From positions 32,001 through 96,000 of the forward strand of contig CBDBZY010000013.1 in assembly GCA_965213685.1 (NCBI GenBank): a DNA stretch of 64,000 bases. The letters run 5' to 3'. Source of the stretch: a bacterium. Its GTDB lineage: Bacteria; UBA8248. The position numbers and the translations under genes are program-made. Shown in pieces: positions 1-9,003 of this stretch; the first letter of the stretch is position 1, and each line of letters starts with the position of its first letter. The notes below the pieces were generated by a model that saw only the letters and a list, made by a program, of their open reading frames with translations, ran no database searches and was not told the DNA's origin.

Positions 1-2120
1 TCTCCCACCCCGCGCGCCCCGTACGGCCCCGCCCCCTCCCCGCATTCGAGAACGACGGACTCGAACTCCCCGATGTCCGAGGAGGTGGGGATGAGGTATT
101 CGTGAAAACTCTGGGATCGGCAGTCGCCCTCCACCATGGCGACTTCCTCGTGCAGTGCGTAGCCGATGCCCATCACCGCACCGCCCTCGAATTGTCCCTC
201 CACGCTTTGGGGGTTCAGCGCGCGCCCCACGTCGTGGGCGGCGACGTGCTTCAGGAGGTTCACCTCGCCGGTTTCGACGTCGACTTCCACCTCGCTCGCA
301 TGAACGCCGAAGGTGTAGTCCGACCAGCCGCCCATTCCGTTCATGTATCGCTCCGGATTCTCGTATTCATGGCCCGGCATGTTGTAGCCATGCGTGCAGT
401 GGAGCGACTCGCCCATCTGCTTGGCCTCGCCCGCCGCCGCCCCGACGCTCACCCTCCTCTCCGGAGCGGACGCCACCCAGGCCTCCCCGCCCCCGAGGCG
501 CACGTCCTCCTCGGCGGCTTCGAGCAACGAGGCCGCCCCCTTGAGGAGCGATTTTCGCACCTCCTCGGCGGCGCGCTGGACGGCGTGCCCCGCCATCAGC
601 GTCTGCCGGGAGCCCGCGGTGATGCCGGAGAGCGGCGTGGTGGCGGAGTCGGACAGGCGGGTGGAGACCTGCCGGAGCCTAAGCCCCAGGGTTTCCGCCG
701 TGATGCTCTGGAGCGTGGCGCCCTGCCCTGCGCCGATGTCCGGGGCGCTCACGCGCACCACCGCGCTGCCGTCGGGTTCGAGGTGAACCGCCGCGTTCGC
801 GTCGTCATTCGGCCTTCCGTAGCCGGTGATGTTCGCCGCCGCCGCCCGGCCGATGCGCTTGCCCGGGCCCGGCTTTGCGGGTTTGCCCAAAGCCTGGAGC
901 GCGCGGCCCAGGCACCCTTCGAGGTTTGGCTCGTAGGGGATTTTCTGGCCGGTGGGCAGCTCCTGTCCCTTCTGGATGAAGTTTTTTCGGCGCAACTCGT
1001 ATTTGTCCATGCCGATGGCGTCCGCGACCAGGTTCATCTGGTTCTCGTAGGCGAAGCAGACCTGGTTCGAGCCGACGCCGCGCATGGCGTTGGTGATGGG
1101 GTTGTTGGTGAGGTAGCCGTGCGCGCGAATTTGCGCGTTGGGGACGTCATAGGGGCCGGCGGCGATGCACATCGCGCCCAAGAGGAACAGGTTGGATTTG
1201 TATGGATAGGCGCCCGCGTCGCCCACGATGTCCGCCTGCATCGCCGTAATTTTTCCGTCCCGCGTCGCCCCCGTCTTGTACTTCATGTAGAAAGGGTGCT
1301 TCTTCGAGGTGTTGCGGATGCCCTCCTCCCTGCCGAGCACCATCACGGCGGGCCTGCGCGTATGCCAGGTGAGCAGCGCCAGGTAGGGCTCCACCGTCAG
1401 CATTCCCTTGGCGCCGAATCCGCCCCCCACATACGTGCCGAGGTGGCGAACGCGGCTCTGGGGGACTCCCAGGATGGCCGCGACCGCGCGATAGTATTCG
1501 ATGAGCTGCGTGCCGACGCGGATGGTGACGACGCCGTCTTCCTCCATCCAGGAGGTGCCGGAGGCGGGCTCCAGAAAGGCGTGCTCAGCCAGCTGGGTCG
1601 TGTATGTTTTCTCGATCACGACGTCGGCTTCGGCGAACGCGGCGCTCGCGTCCCCGCGCGCGACCTCGAAATCGCACGCCTGCCGCTTCCCGGCGCCCGT
1701 CTCGCCGTGCCGCGTGGTCCACACGCCAGCCTCCGCGTCGATCTCCACCTCGATGGCTGCGATGGCCGCATCGAGCGCCTCCCTCGTCTCGGCGCCCACG
1801 ACGGCGAGGGCGTCTCCCGTGAATTCGATCCGCTCCTCGACCAGCACGGGCTGATGCGGCAGTCCCGGCGTTCCCGAGCCGAAGCGCACGTTTTTGCCGG
1901 GAATGTCCTTCGCGGTCAGAACGGCGGCCACGCCGGGAATCTGTTTCGCCCGCGCGGCGTCGAGTTTTTTCAGGCGCCCCACGGGGACGGGCGTGAACAG
2001 GACGCCGCACTGCAAGGCGCCTGCGGGTATCGCGTCCTCTCCGTAGGGCATGGAGCCATCCGCCTTGGGGATGGAGTCATACCGAACGTTCGACTTGCCG
2101 ATGATGTCGTAATCGGCCAT
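1..2120 (-). CDS. Xanthine dehydrogenase/aldehyde oxidase family molybdopterin-binding subunit (3' end runs off the window)
   Basis: Manual translation from ATG 2120 (RBS GAAGGAG): MADYDIIGKSNVRYDSIPKADG..EHAFLEP..VGGGFGAKG..AMRGVG..DIGAGQ..GSRQT..AHDVGRALNP..VEGQFEGG..GARGVGE. Absent from the ORF track because there is no stop in the window. Confidence 0.93.
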   Translation of the reverse strand, partial: MADYDIIGKSNVRYDSIPKADGSMPYGEDAIPAGALQCGVLFTPVPVGRLKKLDAARAKQIPGVAAVLTAKDIPGKNVRFGSGTPGLPHQPVLVEERIEFTGDALAVVGAETREALDAAIAAIEVEIDAEAGVWTTRHGETGAGKRQACDFEVARGDASAAFAEADVVIEKTYTTQLAEHAFLEPASGTSWMEEDGVVTIRVGTQLIEYYRAVAAILGVPQSRVRHLGTYVGGGFGAKGMLTVEPYLALLTWHTRRPAVMVLGREEGIRNTSKKHPFYMKYKTGATRDGKITAMQADIVGDAGAYPYKSNLFLLGAMCIAAGPYDVPNAQIRAHGYLTNNPITNAMRGVGSNQVCFAYENQMNLVADAIGMDKYELRRKNFIQKGQELPTGQKIPYEPNLEGCLGRALQALGKPAKPGPGKRIGRAAAANITGYGRPNDDANAAVHLEPDGSAVVRVSAPDIGAGQGATLQSITAETLGLRLRQVSTRLSDSATTPLSGITAGSRQTLMAGHAVQRAAEEVRKSLLKGAASLLEAAEEDVRLGGGEAWVASAPERRVSVGAAAGEAKQMGESLHCTHGYNMPGHEYENPERYMNGMGGWSDYTFGVHASEVEVDVETGEVNLLKHVAAHDVGRALNPQSVEGQFEGGAVMGIGYALHEEVAMVEGDCRSQSFHEYLIPTSSDIGEFESVVLECGEGAGPYGARGVG

Positions 2121-2328
2121 GGGCTCACTCCTTCAGCGATGGGGGAGGGGTTCCATGAATCAGGCGGGATTTTGCCAGAATTCCGCCAAATTGAGAAGCG
2201 GACGCAGGATGCGCGCGTCCTCTCGCGGGGAGGATGGGCGATAAGGGCGCGCGCCCATGGACAGGAGATCGTTTGCGGGATATGATTTGCGGGCGTTTCC
2301 TTTCACATATCTCTGAATGGAGAATGCC

Positions 2329-2859
2329 ATGGCGAACGGAATGGGATTTATCGACCCGACGGCGGGCGGGTCGGCCGCGAAAGTGGAGCTGGCGCGGCGG
2401 CCCGCCAATCTTTCCGGCAAGGTGGTGGGGCTCCTGGACAACACGAAGGAGCAGGCGGACATTATCCTGGAAACCCTGGGGAGTGCGCTTCGCGAGCGAT
2501 ACGACGTGGCCCGAGTCGTCGCACTACGCAAGGAGCACTACTCGAAGCCTGCCCCCGATGAGATGATCGAGGAGATGGCGCAGGAGGTGGACGTGGCCAT
2601 CGCCGCACTCGGGGGCTGAGGCTCCTGCACGTTGTGCAGTGTGCACGACACGGTCGAATTTGAGAAACGCGGGGTTCCCTCGACCACCATCATCACCGAG
2701 GCGTTCAAGAACGCGGCGGACTTCCAGTTCCGCGGCAAGGGGATGGAGGGGCACCCATACGTTCAGCTGCCCCATCCGGTCAGCAACCTGCAGCCCGAGG
2801 AGATGCGGGAGACGACGCTGCGGTTCGTGGAGGAAGTGGCGAGCCACCTGAGGGGCTGA
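2329..2859 (+). CDS. UGSC-motif (seleno)protein; TGA 2617-2619 read as Sec
   Basis: ORFs 2317..2619 and 2632..2859 share a frame. The junction reads AIAALGG-TGA-GSCTLCSVHD..EKRGVP (U-G-S-C). SECIS-like hairpin at 2631-2649; RBS GGAG before ATG 2329. Confidence 0.85.
2631..2649 (+). promoter_or_regulatory. Putative bacterial SECIS hairpin
   Basis: GTTGTGCA-GTG-TGCACGAC: 8-bp stem with one GU pair, starting 11 nt after the in-frame TGA; loop begins GU. Confidence 0.65.
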
Positions 2860-2897
2860 TGCGAGCGGCAGCCCCGCAGCGTGTTCCGGGAGGGAGC

Positions 2898-3680
2898 GTG
2901 CGCGAGTTGGAAACGTTGTCCTACGAGGAAGCGGACGGATTGGCGGTGGTGCGGCTTCGCCGTCCGGAGAGCCTGAACGCGGTGAACTTCCGGATGGCCC
3001 AGGAGTTCGTGGACCTGGCGCGCGCCCTGGCCGAGGCGCCCGACGTGCGCGTGGTCGTCCTCACGGGGGAAGGACGCGCTTTCAGCACGGGCCGGGACCT
3101 CAAGGAGAGCGCCGCGCATACGCAGGAGAGGGCGGATCAATACCAGCGGCACGTGATGGCGACGACGACGCTGTGGGAGAGCTTGCCCATGCCCACCATC
3201 GCCGCCGTCAATGGCCATGCGTTTGGCTGGGGCGTGGAGATCACGCTGGCGTGCGACATCAGGCTGGCCGCCGAGGAAGCCACCTTTTGCCTGCCCGAAT
3301 GCAGCTTGGGCATTTTCCCGGGAGCGGGCGGCGTCGTCAGGCTTCAAAGAATCATGCCGTCCGGGTACGCCAAGGAGCTGGTTTTCACGAGCAAGCGCAT
3401 TGACGGAAAAGAGGCGGAGCGCATCGGCCTGGTGAACCGGGCGCATCCGGCGGATGCGCTCATGGACGAGGCGACGGCCATGGCGGAGCGGATACGGGGC
3501 AATGGCCCCCTGGGGGTTCGCGGTGCGAAGAAGGTGATCGATCAAACGTTCGACATGCCGCGCACGCAGGCCGTCGCGTTTTCCAACGCCCTCAGATTGC
3601 CCCTGAACCACACCAGGGATTTTGCCGAGGCGCTCTCGGCGTTCCGGGAGAAGAGAAAACCCGTTTTCACGGGAGAGTAA
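2898..3680 (+). CDS. Enoyl-CoA hydratase/isomerase (crotonase) family protein
   Basis: LRRPESLNA, GRAFSTGRDL, PTIAAVNGHAFGWGVEI..CDIR, PECSLGIFPGAGG. GTG 2898 follows GGGAG. Confidence 0.93.
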   Translation: MRELETLSYEEADGLAVVRLRRPESLNAVNFRMAQEFVDLARALAEAPDVRVVVLTGEGRAFSTGRDLKESAAHTQERADQYQRHVMATTTLWESLPMPTIAAVNGHAFGWGVEITLACDIRLAAEEATFCLPECSLGIFPGAGGVVRLQRIMPSGYAKELVFTSKRIDGKEAERIGLVNRAHPADALMDEATAMAERIRGNGPLGVRGAKKVIDQTFDMPRTQAVAFSNALRLPLNHTRDFAEALSAFREKRKPVFTGE

Positions 3681-3728
3681 TCAGGGGAGAGTAAGGGAGG
3701 GGTCGGGAAATTTGCGGCCCAAACGCCG

Positions 3729-3756
3729 GGCCCGTTCTCTCGGGAGCGGGCCTTTT
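3729..3756 (+). terminator. Intrinsic terminator
   Basis: GC-rich stem GGCCCGTTC...GAGCGGGCC followed by TTTTA, downstream of the crotonase gene. Confidence 0.65.
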
Positions 3757-3786
3757 ATTATATAGAGGGAGTGCGAAGGAGACTGT

Positions 3787-5565
3787 ATGATCCGTTTGGC
3801 AATGGCGATTCTGGCGCTTGCGGGCGCGATTCTCTCCGGTGCGATCGGAGGGCGGGCCGTTCAGGCTGCGCCGCTTCGGGCGGAGCGGCCGAACGTCGTC
3901 CTGATTCTCGTGGACGACCTGGGCTATAACGACGTCGGCTTTCAGGGCGCCACCGACATCCGGACGCCGAACATCGACCGCATCGCCAGGGAGGGCGTCG
4001 TATTCACCAACGGCTATGTGGCGTCAGCGGTTTGTGCCGCCTCGCGCGCCGGCCTGCTGACGGGGCGCTATCCCGCGCGCTTCGGGATGGATGGCAACAT
4101 CCCCTACGCGCCTTTTGATTCGCATATCGGTCTGCCGGTGCGTCAGACGACGTTCGCCCGGCGCCTGCAGGCCGCCGGCTACCGCACTGGACTGGTGGGC
4201 AAATGGCATCTGGGAGCCGCGCCTCGCTTTCTCCCGCGCAATCGCGGGTTCGACTATTTCTTCGGCTTCGTGGGCGGCGGGCACACCTATTGGGGCCGAG
4301 ATGTTGACGCCGCCAATTTGACCAACTGGGCGAGAACCCCGATCATCGACAATGCCGCCGCGGCCGTCCTGCAAGACGATGACTACCTGACCGACGTTCT
4401 GACCGACCGGGCGATCGGTTTCATCCAGGCAAAATCGAAGGCGCCGTTTTTTCTCTACCTCTCCTATAACGCGCCCCACACCCCGCTCCAAGCGCCGCAC
4501 AAGCTGATTCGGAAATATGCCCACATCCCGCGAGACAAGCGGCGCCGATACCTGGCGATGGTGGATTCGCTGGACGCGAACGTGGGGCGGTTGCTGGACG
4601 CGCTGGAGAAATCGGGCCGGCGGGACAACACCGTCCTTTTCTTTCTGAGCGACAATGGCGGCTTCAGGGACTTCGGCCGCAAGAATCCAGGCTGGGCGGA
4701 CAACAGGCCGCTGCGGGGGGGCAAGACCGCGCATTACGAGGGCGGGATTCGGGTGCCTTTCGTCGCCTCCTGGCCCAGGGCGTGGCCGCAGGGGGAGACG
4801 TATGAGCCGATGGTCATCAGCCTGGACATCGCTTCCACCGTGATGGCACTCGCCGGCCGCCCGATCCGCTTGGACGGGGTCAATCTTGATCCTTACTTGC
4901 GCGGCGCGGCCGCCGGTCCTCCCCACAAGGCCTTGTTTTGGCGACACGGAGTCCGCTACGCCGTCCGCGCCGGCGACCTGAAGCTCATCCGGGGAAAGAC
5001 TGTCGGGCCAACGGAGCTTTTCAACCTGCGGGAGGACGTTGGCGAGACGCGAGACCTGATGGGCGCGGACCCCGAGGCCGGACGTCGGCTCGTCCGTCTT
5101 TGGAACGAGTGGAATCAAAAGAACGCCCCCGACCCCATATTCCTGGGAACGTGGCATTACTCGGTAAGACGGCACAGGTTTATGGTGGAATCCCATCGCT
5201 TTGCGACTTACGGGAAGGGAGCACAGCCTCTGAAGTGGCGTCTCCGGGGAGTCGAGGCGCCCCCCTCTCCCCCTCTCCTCCGCCCCCCTCCCCCCCCGTT
5301 AAATCTCAAAGGTTCCGGGTATGTCGGAGGGATACTTCTCGAGTGGGACCACAGTGCGGACGCTGCGGGCTATGAGTTCCGGCTAAAGAGCTCGAGAGAA
5401 ACCGCGTGGCGGCCGTGGAAGCACGCTCGGGTAGTAAAGGCGTGGCGATCGGAATGCCCCCTGCCCGGCCTGACCCGCAACCTGCTTTACTATGTGCAGT
5501 TGCGCGCCAAGAACGCCGCTGGCAAGGGCAGGCCGAGTCCGGTTTTGGTGGTGAAGACGAAATAG
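3787..5565 (+). CDS. Secreted formylglycine-type sulfatase with C-terminal fibronectin type III-like domain
   Basis: Signal peptide; PNVVLILVDDLG, CAASRAGLLTGR, GKWHLG, SDNG motifs; Pro-rich linker, then P..L..LEW..Y..GL...Y.VQLRA.N.AG.G.PS (FN3 pattern). Confidence 0.9.
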   Translation: MIRLAMAILALAGAILSGAIGGRAVQAAPLRAERPNVVLILVDDLGYNDVGFQGATDIRTPNIDRIAREGVVFTNGYVASAVCAASRAGLLTGRYPARFGMDGNIPYAPFDSHIGLPVRQTTFARRLQAAGYRTGLVGKWHLGAAPRFLPRNRGFDYFFGFVGGGHTYWGRDVDAANLTNWARTPIIDNAAAAVLQDDDYLTDVLTDRAIGFIQAKSKAPFFLYLSYNAPHTPLQAPHKLIRKYAHIPRDKRRRYLAMVDSLDANVGRLLDALEKSGRRDNTVLFFLSDNGGFRDFGRKNPGWADNRPLRGGKTAHYEGGIRVPFVASWPRAWPQGETYEPMVISLDIASTVMALAGRPIRLDGVNLDPYLRGAAAGPPHKALFWRHGVRYAVRAGDLKLIRGKTVGPTELFNLREDVGETRDLMGADPEAGRRLVRLWNEWNQKNAPDPIFLGTWHYSVRRHRFMVESHRFATYGKGAQPLKWRLRGVEAPPSPPLLRPPPPPLNLKGSGYVGGILLEWDHSADAAGYEFRLKSSRETAWRPWKHARVVKAWRSECPLPGLTRNLLYYVQLRAKNAAGKGRPSPVLVVKTK

Positions 5566-5743
5566 CGCGGGAGGCGCAGGCAAGCGGTTGTGGGCGGGGC
5601 GCTATCCTCCCCGTCCTTTGGGGTGCGGAGAGCGGGCGGTTCGGGGCTTTGCGCCGGCCGATTATTTACAGGCGCGGGAAAATATCGAATAATCCATGCG
5701 TCTGTTTCGCGCGATGGTTCCGGATGCGGGAGTCGTTTCGGGC

Positions 5744-6127
5744 ATGAAGGTGCGGGAATGTCCTTTGCAGGCGGTGGCGATTGCGCGATTCGAGGAAGAC
5801 GCCCGGGACGCCTGGATCGCCATGAACAGGATAAACGCTCCCTGGGCGGCCGTTTTTGACGGCGGGCGCCTGGTGGGCCTCCTGAACAAGGGGGACATCG
5901 ATGCGTTTCTTCGCGTCCCCGAGACGTTTCGGTGCGCGGGCGAGGTCGCCGAAAAGGGAATGCCCGCGCGGCGCGGCATGTCGTTGTCGCCGGAGGCGGA
6001 TCTGAACGAGGCCGTTCTGCGGCTGGAGATGGCGGGGAGCGACGCCGCTTTTGTCGCCGGGGCCGGCGCCCCGCCCGGCGTCATGGAGGCGGACGCCGCG
6101 CGTCGGGTGCTGTCGCATTCCGCATGA
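5744..6127 (+). CDS. CBS-domain-like protein
   Basis: MKVRE start; AAVFDGGRLVGLLNKGDI and LSPEADLNEAV resemble a degenerate CBS pair. Confidence 0.55.
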   Translation: MKVRECPLQAVAIARFEEDARDAWIAMNRINAPWAAVFDGGRLVGLLNKGDIDAFLRVPETFRCAGEVAEKGMPARRGMSLSPEADLNEAVLRLEMAGSDAAFVAGAGAPPGVMEADAARRVLSHSA

Positions 6128-6230
6128 TGCGCTTTTTCCGGCGCCGGGCCGGGGCGTCCGGCTCGCGCACGAAGGCGATGGTCGAAACCGGTCTCCTCTC
6201 CCTTTTTGGGGGAGGAGCGGGAGGAGGTCC

Positions 6231-7427
6231 ATGGAATTCACCCTGAATGAAGAGCAGTTGCGAATCCAGCAGATAGCCAGAAAATTCTCCTACGAAGAGC
6301 TGGCGCCGGTGGCTCCTGCGCGCGACCGCATTCCGGACTGGGAGGAGCGAATGCCGTGGGACCTGACGGAGAAGGCGAGTGCCCTGGGTCTTCGGCAGCT
6401 GCCCTACCCCAGGGAATACGGCGGGATGGACGCCGACGTTCTCTCCTGCTGTCTGGCGGGCGAGGAGCTCGCCGCGGGCGATCTGGGTTTTGCGGTGAAC
6501 CTGGATCAAACCTGGAAGCTCTCCCACATACTGGAAAAGGTGGCGCCGGAGCTTCGGGAGCCCTGGATAAGGCGCCTGTGCGGGGAGCCGAGGTTCCTTG
6601 TCGCGATTTCCATGACGGAAGAGGGGGCGGGAAGCGACCACCAGGGATATTACGATGACCCCTCCGTCGCGCTGTATGCGCGCGCGGAGAAAAGAAACGG
6701 CAAGTGGATCATCAACGGCAAAAAGCGATACATCAGCAACGGGCCCGTGGCCTCGCTGCACGTCCTGGCGGCGAGAACCGACCTCGGCAAGAGTTTGCGG
6801 GAGGGACTCACCGGTTTTCTGGTTCCCAGGGATACCCCGGGAGTATCGATTGGCCACGTGCACGAGAAAATCGGCCAGCGCCTTTCGATGAATTCGGAAA
6901 TCTTCTACGAGGACGTCGAGATTCCCGAGAACCACGTCATCCTGGGCGAGGGGAACATGTTCGAGATCAGGGGCAACCTCCTGGCGATGGGAAAGCCCGA
7001 GGCCGCCGCCACCGCCCTAGGCGTCGGCCGCGCCGCGTTCGAGAAAGCCCTCGACTACAGCCGCGCGCGCGTCCAAGGGGGCGCGCCCATCGCCCGGCAC
7101 CAGGCGATAGAAACCATGCTCGCCGATATGGCGATGAATCTGGACATCGCGCGCACCTATGTCTGGCGCACCGCCTGGGCGGTGGATCATCAAAAGCCGT
7201 ATGATTTCACGCAAGGGTGGAAGTGCAAGATTTTCGCGTCGGAAGTCGCCTTCGAGTGCGCGCGCCTGGGGATGGAAATCTTCGGCGGCGCGGGCATCAT
7301 GCAAGCCGCGCCCATGGAGAAGTATCTTCGGGACGCCAGCACGTTCCTGCATTCGGACGGCACGAACCAGGTGCTGCGGCTCAGAACGGCGCGGGCTTAT
7401 GTGAACGGCGCGGCCATGGCGTTCTAG
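6231..7427 (+). CDS. Acyl-CoA dehydrogenase family protein
   Basis: MEFTLNEEQ after RBS GAGGAGG; SMTEEGAGSD, INGKKRYISNG, RVQGGAPIARHQ, IFGGAG..EKYLRDA..DGTNQV. Confidence 0.95.
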   Translation: MEFTLNEEQLRIQQIARKFSYEELAPVAPARDRIPDWEERMPWDLTEKASALGLRQLPYPREYGGMDADVLSCCLAGEELAAGDLGFAVNLDQTWKLSHILEKVAPELREPWIRRLCGEPRFLVAISMTEEGAGSDHQGYYDDPSVALYARAEKRNGKWIINGKKRYISNGPVASLHVLAARTDLGKSLREGLTGFLVPRDTPGVSIGHVHEKIGQRLSMNSEIFYEDVEIPENHVILGEGNMFEIRGNLLAMGKPEAAATALGVGRAAFEKALDYSRARVQGGAPIARHQAIETMLADMAMNLDIARTYVWRTAWAVDHQKPYDFTQGWKCKIFASEVAFECARLGMEIFGGAGIMQAAPMEKYLRDASTFLHSDGTNQVLRLRTARAYVNGAAMAF

Positions 7428-7452
7428 CGGCCTCTGGGGAGGGACGCTCCGG

Positions 7453-8016
7453 ATGGCGGACGGGCGGCGGCAGGGCGCATTGTTTCATCCGGCGGCTGCG
7501 GTTGCGGCCGCGCGCTGGCTGGAGCGGGTGCGCGCGGAATTTTCTGTCTTTGTGTCGGATGCGGGAATTGCGGAAATCCGGATGCTGGACGGCGTGGAAA
7601 AGCCCCGCGCGGCGCGCCATGCGAACGCGCAATCCACGCCGTTGCGTCGGCGGGCGGCGGAGCAGATACGGGAATACCTGCGCGGTGACCGGAGGAGGTT
7701 TCAGCTGCGGGCGGATCTCTCCTCCCTGTCCCCCTTCATGGAGGCGGTGCTCGGGCAGACGAGAAAGATTCCCTACGGCGAGACGCGCTCCTATGGCTGG
7801 GTGGCGCGGGAGATCGGCAGTCCCGGGGCGTCGCGGGCCGTCGGCCAGGCGTTGCACAGAAACCCCGTTCCGCTCCTCATACCCTGACATCGCGTTATCG
7901 CGGGCTCGGGCGAGCTCGGCGGATTCGCCAGCGGCCTGCCGCTGAAGGCGGCGCTCCTGGCCCATGAGGGGCATGTCGAAATCGCGGGAGGAAGCCATGT
8001 CGAGACCGATGCGTGA
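7453..8016 (+). CDS. ogt: Methylated-DNA--protein-cysteine methyltransferase (Ogt/MGMT), selenocysteine form; TGA 7885-7887 at the active site
   Basis: IPYGETRSYG..ASRAVGQAL..NPVPLLIP-TGA-HRVIAGSGELGGFASGLPLKAALLAHEG. The canonical PCHRV motif has TGA at Cys, and the conserved C-terminus continues in frame to TGA 8014-8016. Confidence 0.88.
7897..7924 (+). promoter_or_regulatory. Putative bacterial SECIS hairpin
   Basis: ATCGC-GGGCTC-GGGC-GAGCTC-GGCGGAT. Upper stem with a G-initiated 4-nt loop 20 nt after the TGA. Confidence 0.6.
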
Positions 8017-8573
8017 TTTTATTGATCGCGTGCGCGAAATCGTCCGGGCGGGCGGGAGCGAGGAGGAGTTGACCGCCCGGGTGGCGGCGCGTCTCGCTCC
8101 GATTCTGGATGCGCCCGACCTGTTGAGCACAGAGCAGCTGCTGGTGAAAAAAGAGGGCTTTACGCTCAACCGAATCCACGTCGAGCCGGATGAGAGCTTC
8201 TCCATCGGCGCCGGCATATGGGACGTGGGACAGACCACCCCGATCCACGATCACGGCACCTGGGGGGTGATAGGCATTTACCGCGGCATGGAGAACGAGG
8301 AGAGTTTCTTGCGCGAGGGGCCCCCGCGAGGATGGCGTCCGCGTCAGGCTCACCCCCCGGGGCAGGCGCCTAGCGGTGCCTGGCGACGTGTTTGTCTGCT
8401 GCACGCAGGACGACGACGTGCACCGCGTCAGCTGCGCCTCGTCCGAGCCTGTGGTGGGCGTCCACGTCTATGGCGGGAACCTCGCCAAAATCCCGCGCTT
8501 CCAGTATGAGGAATCCACCGGCGCCGTGCGCTCGTTTCAAACCGGATGGGACTACGCGAGAATCTCCGTCTGA
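7997..8573 (+). CDS. Thiol dioxygenase (cysteine/3-mercaptopropionate dioxygenase-like cupin); +1 frameshift at about 8317-8325
   Basis: W..GQTTPIHDHGTWGVIG in one frame and PGDV..DDVHRV..GVHVYGGNL in the +1 frame. Removing one base from GGGGCCCCC restores a continuous protein. Confidence 0.8.
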
Positions 8574-8791
8574 TTTCCCCGAACCGATGGGCGCCCCGCC
8601 GCGTAGCGGGGCTCCCCGTTCGTCGAAATGAGGGGACGACGCGGTGGCTTGTTCGGGGGAGTCGTTTTGGGTATGATCGGGATCAAAGTTTGATGTGCGA
8701 AGAGGTTGGTTTCTGAGGACTTCATGCGCCGCCCCCCTCCGAAGGAGTCCCCATGTTTGGAAAATTTGAAGGGGAGGCGGAATCTCCCTCA

Positions 8792-8820
8792 TTGCCCCGT
8801 TCGCCCCAGAATGCTAGGTT
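8792..8820 (+). promoter_or_regulatory. Putative sigma70 promoter (extended -10)
   Basis: TTGCCC-17 nt-TAGGTT with TG at 8812-8813, immediately before the octamer repeat. Confidence 0.4.
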
Positions 8821-8827
8821 GAGCCAG

Positions 8828-8919
8828 GACACCCCGACACCCCGACACCCCGACACCCCGACACCCCGACACCCCGACACCCCGACACCCCGACACCCCG
8901 ACACCCCGACACCCCGACA
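8828..8919 (+). repeat. Simple sequence repeat (GACACCCC) x11.5
   Basis: 11 perfect 8-bp units at 8828-8915 plus a partial GACA. Confidence 0.98.
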
Positions 8920-9003
8920 AGAAACCATAGACGGCTAAACGCCGGATTCGGCAACGACCGTCGCGCCGCTTCCCGCATCATCCTCGGCGATGTTCTCCGT
9001 GTT

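Noticed and set aside
102-2285. 727-aa plus-strand ORF, and similar long ORFs such as 14811..17948(-), 52864..54609(+) and 54784..56373(-)
   Set aside because: Antisense shadows of real genes in high-GC DNA; no motifs.
3671-3694. Duplicated GGGAGAGTAA at the crotonase stop as an insertion scar
   Set aside because: The copies are adjacent and no mobile element is evident.
2617-7887. Genome-wide TGA reassignment (code 4/25) as the explanation for in-frame TGAs
   Set aside because: Many genes (dnaN, thrC, yicC, MATE) end properly at TGA, and the two internal TGAs fall at Cys positions with hairpins.
8828-8919. Octamer repeat as a CRISPR array
   Set aside because: No spacers, unit far too short, no cas genes.
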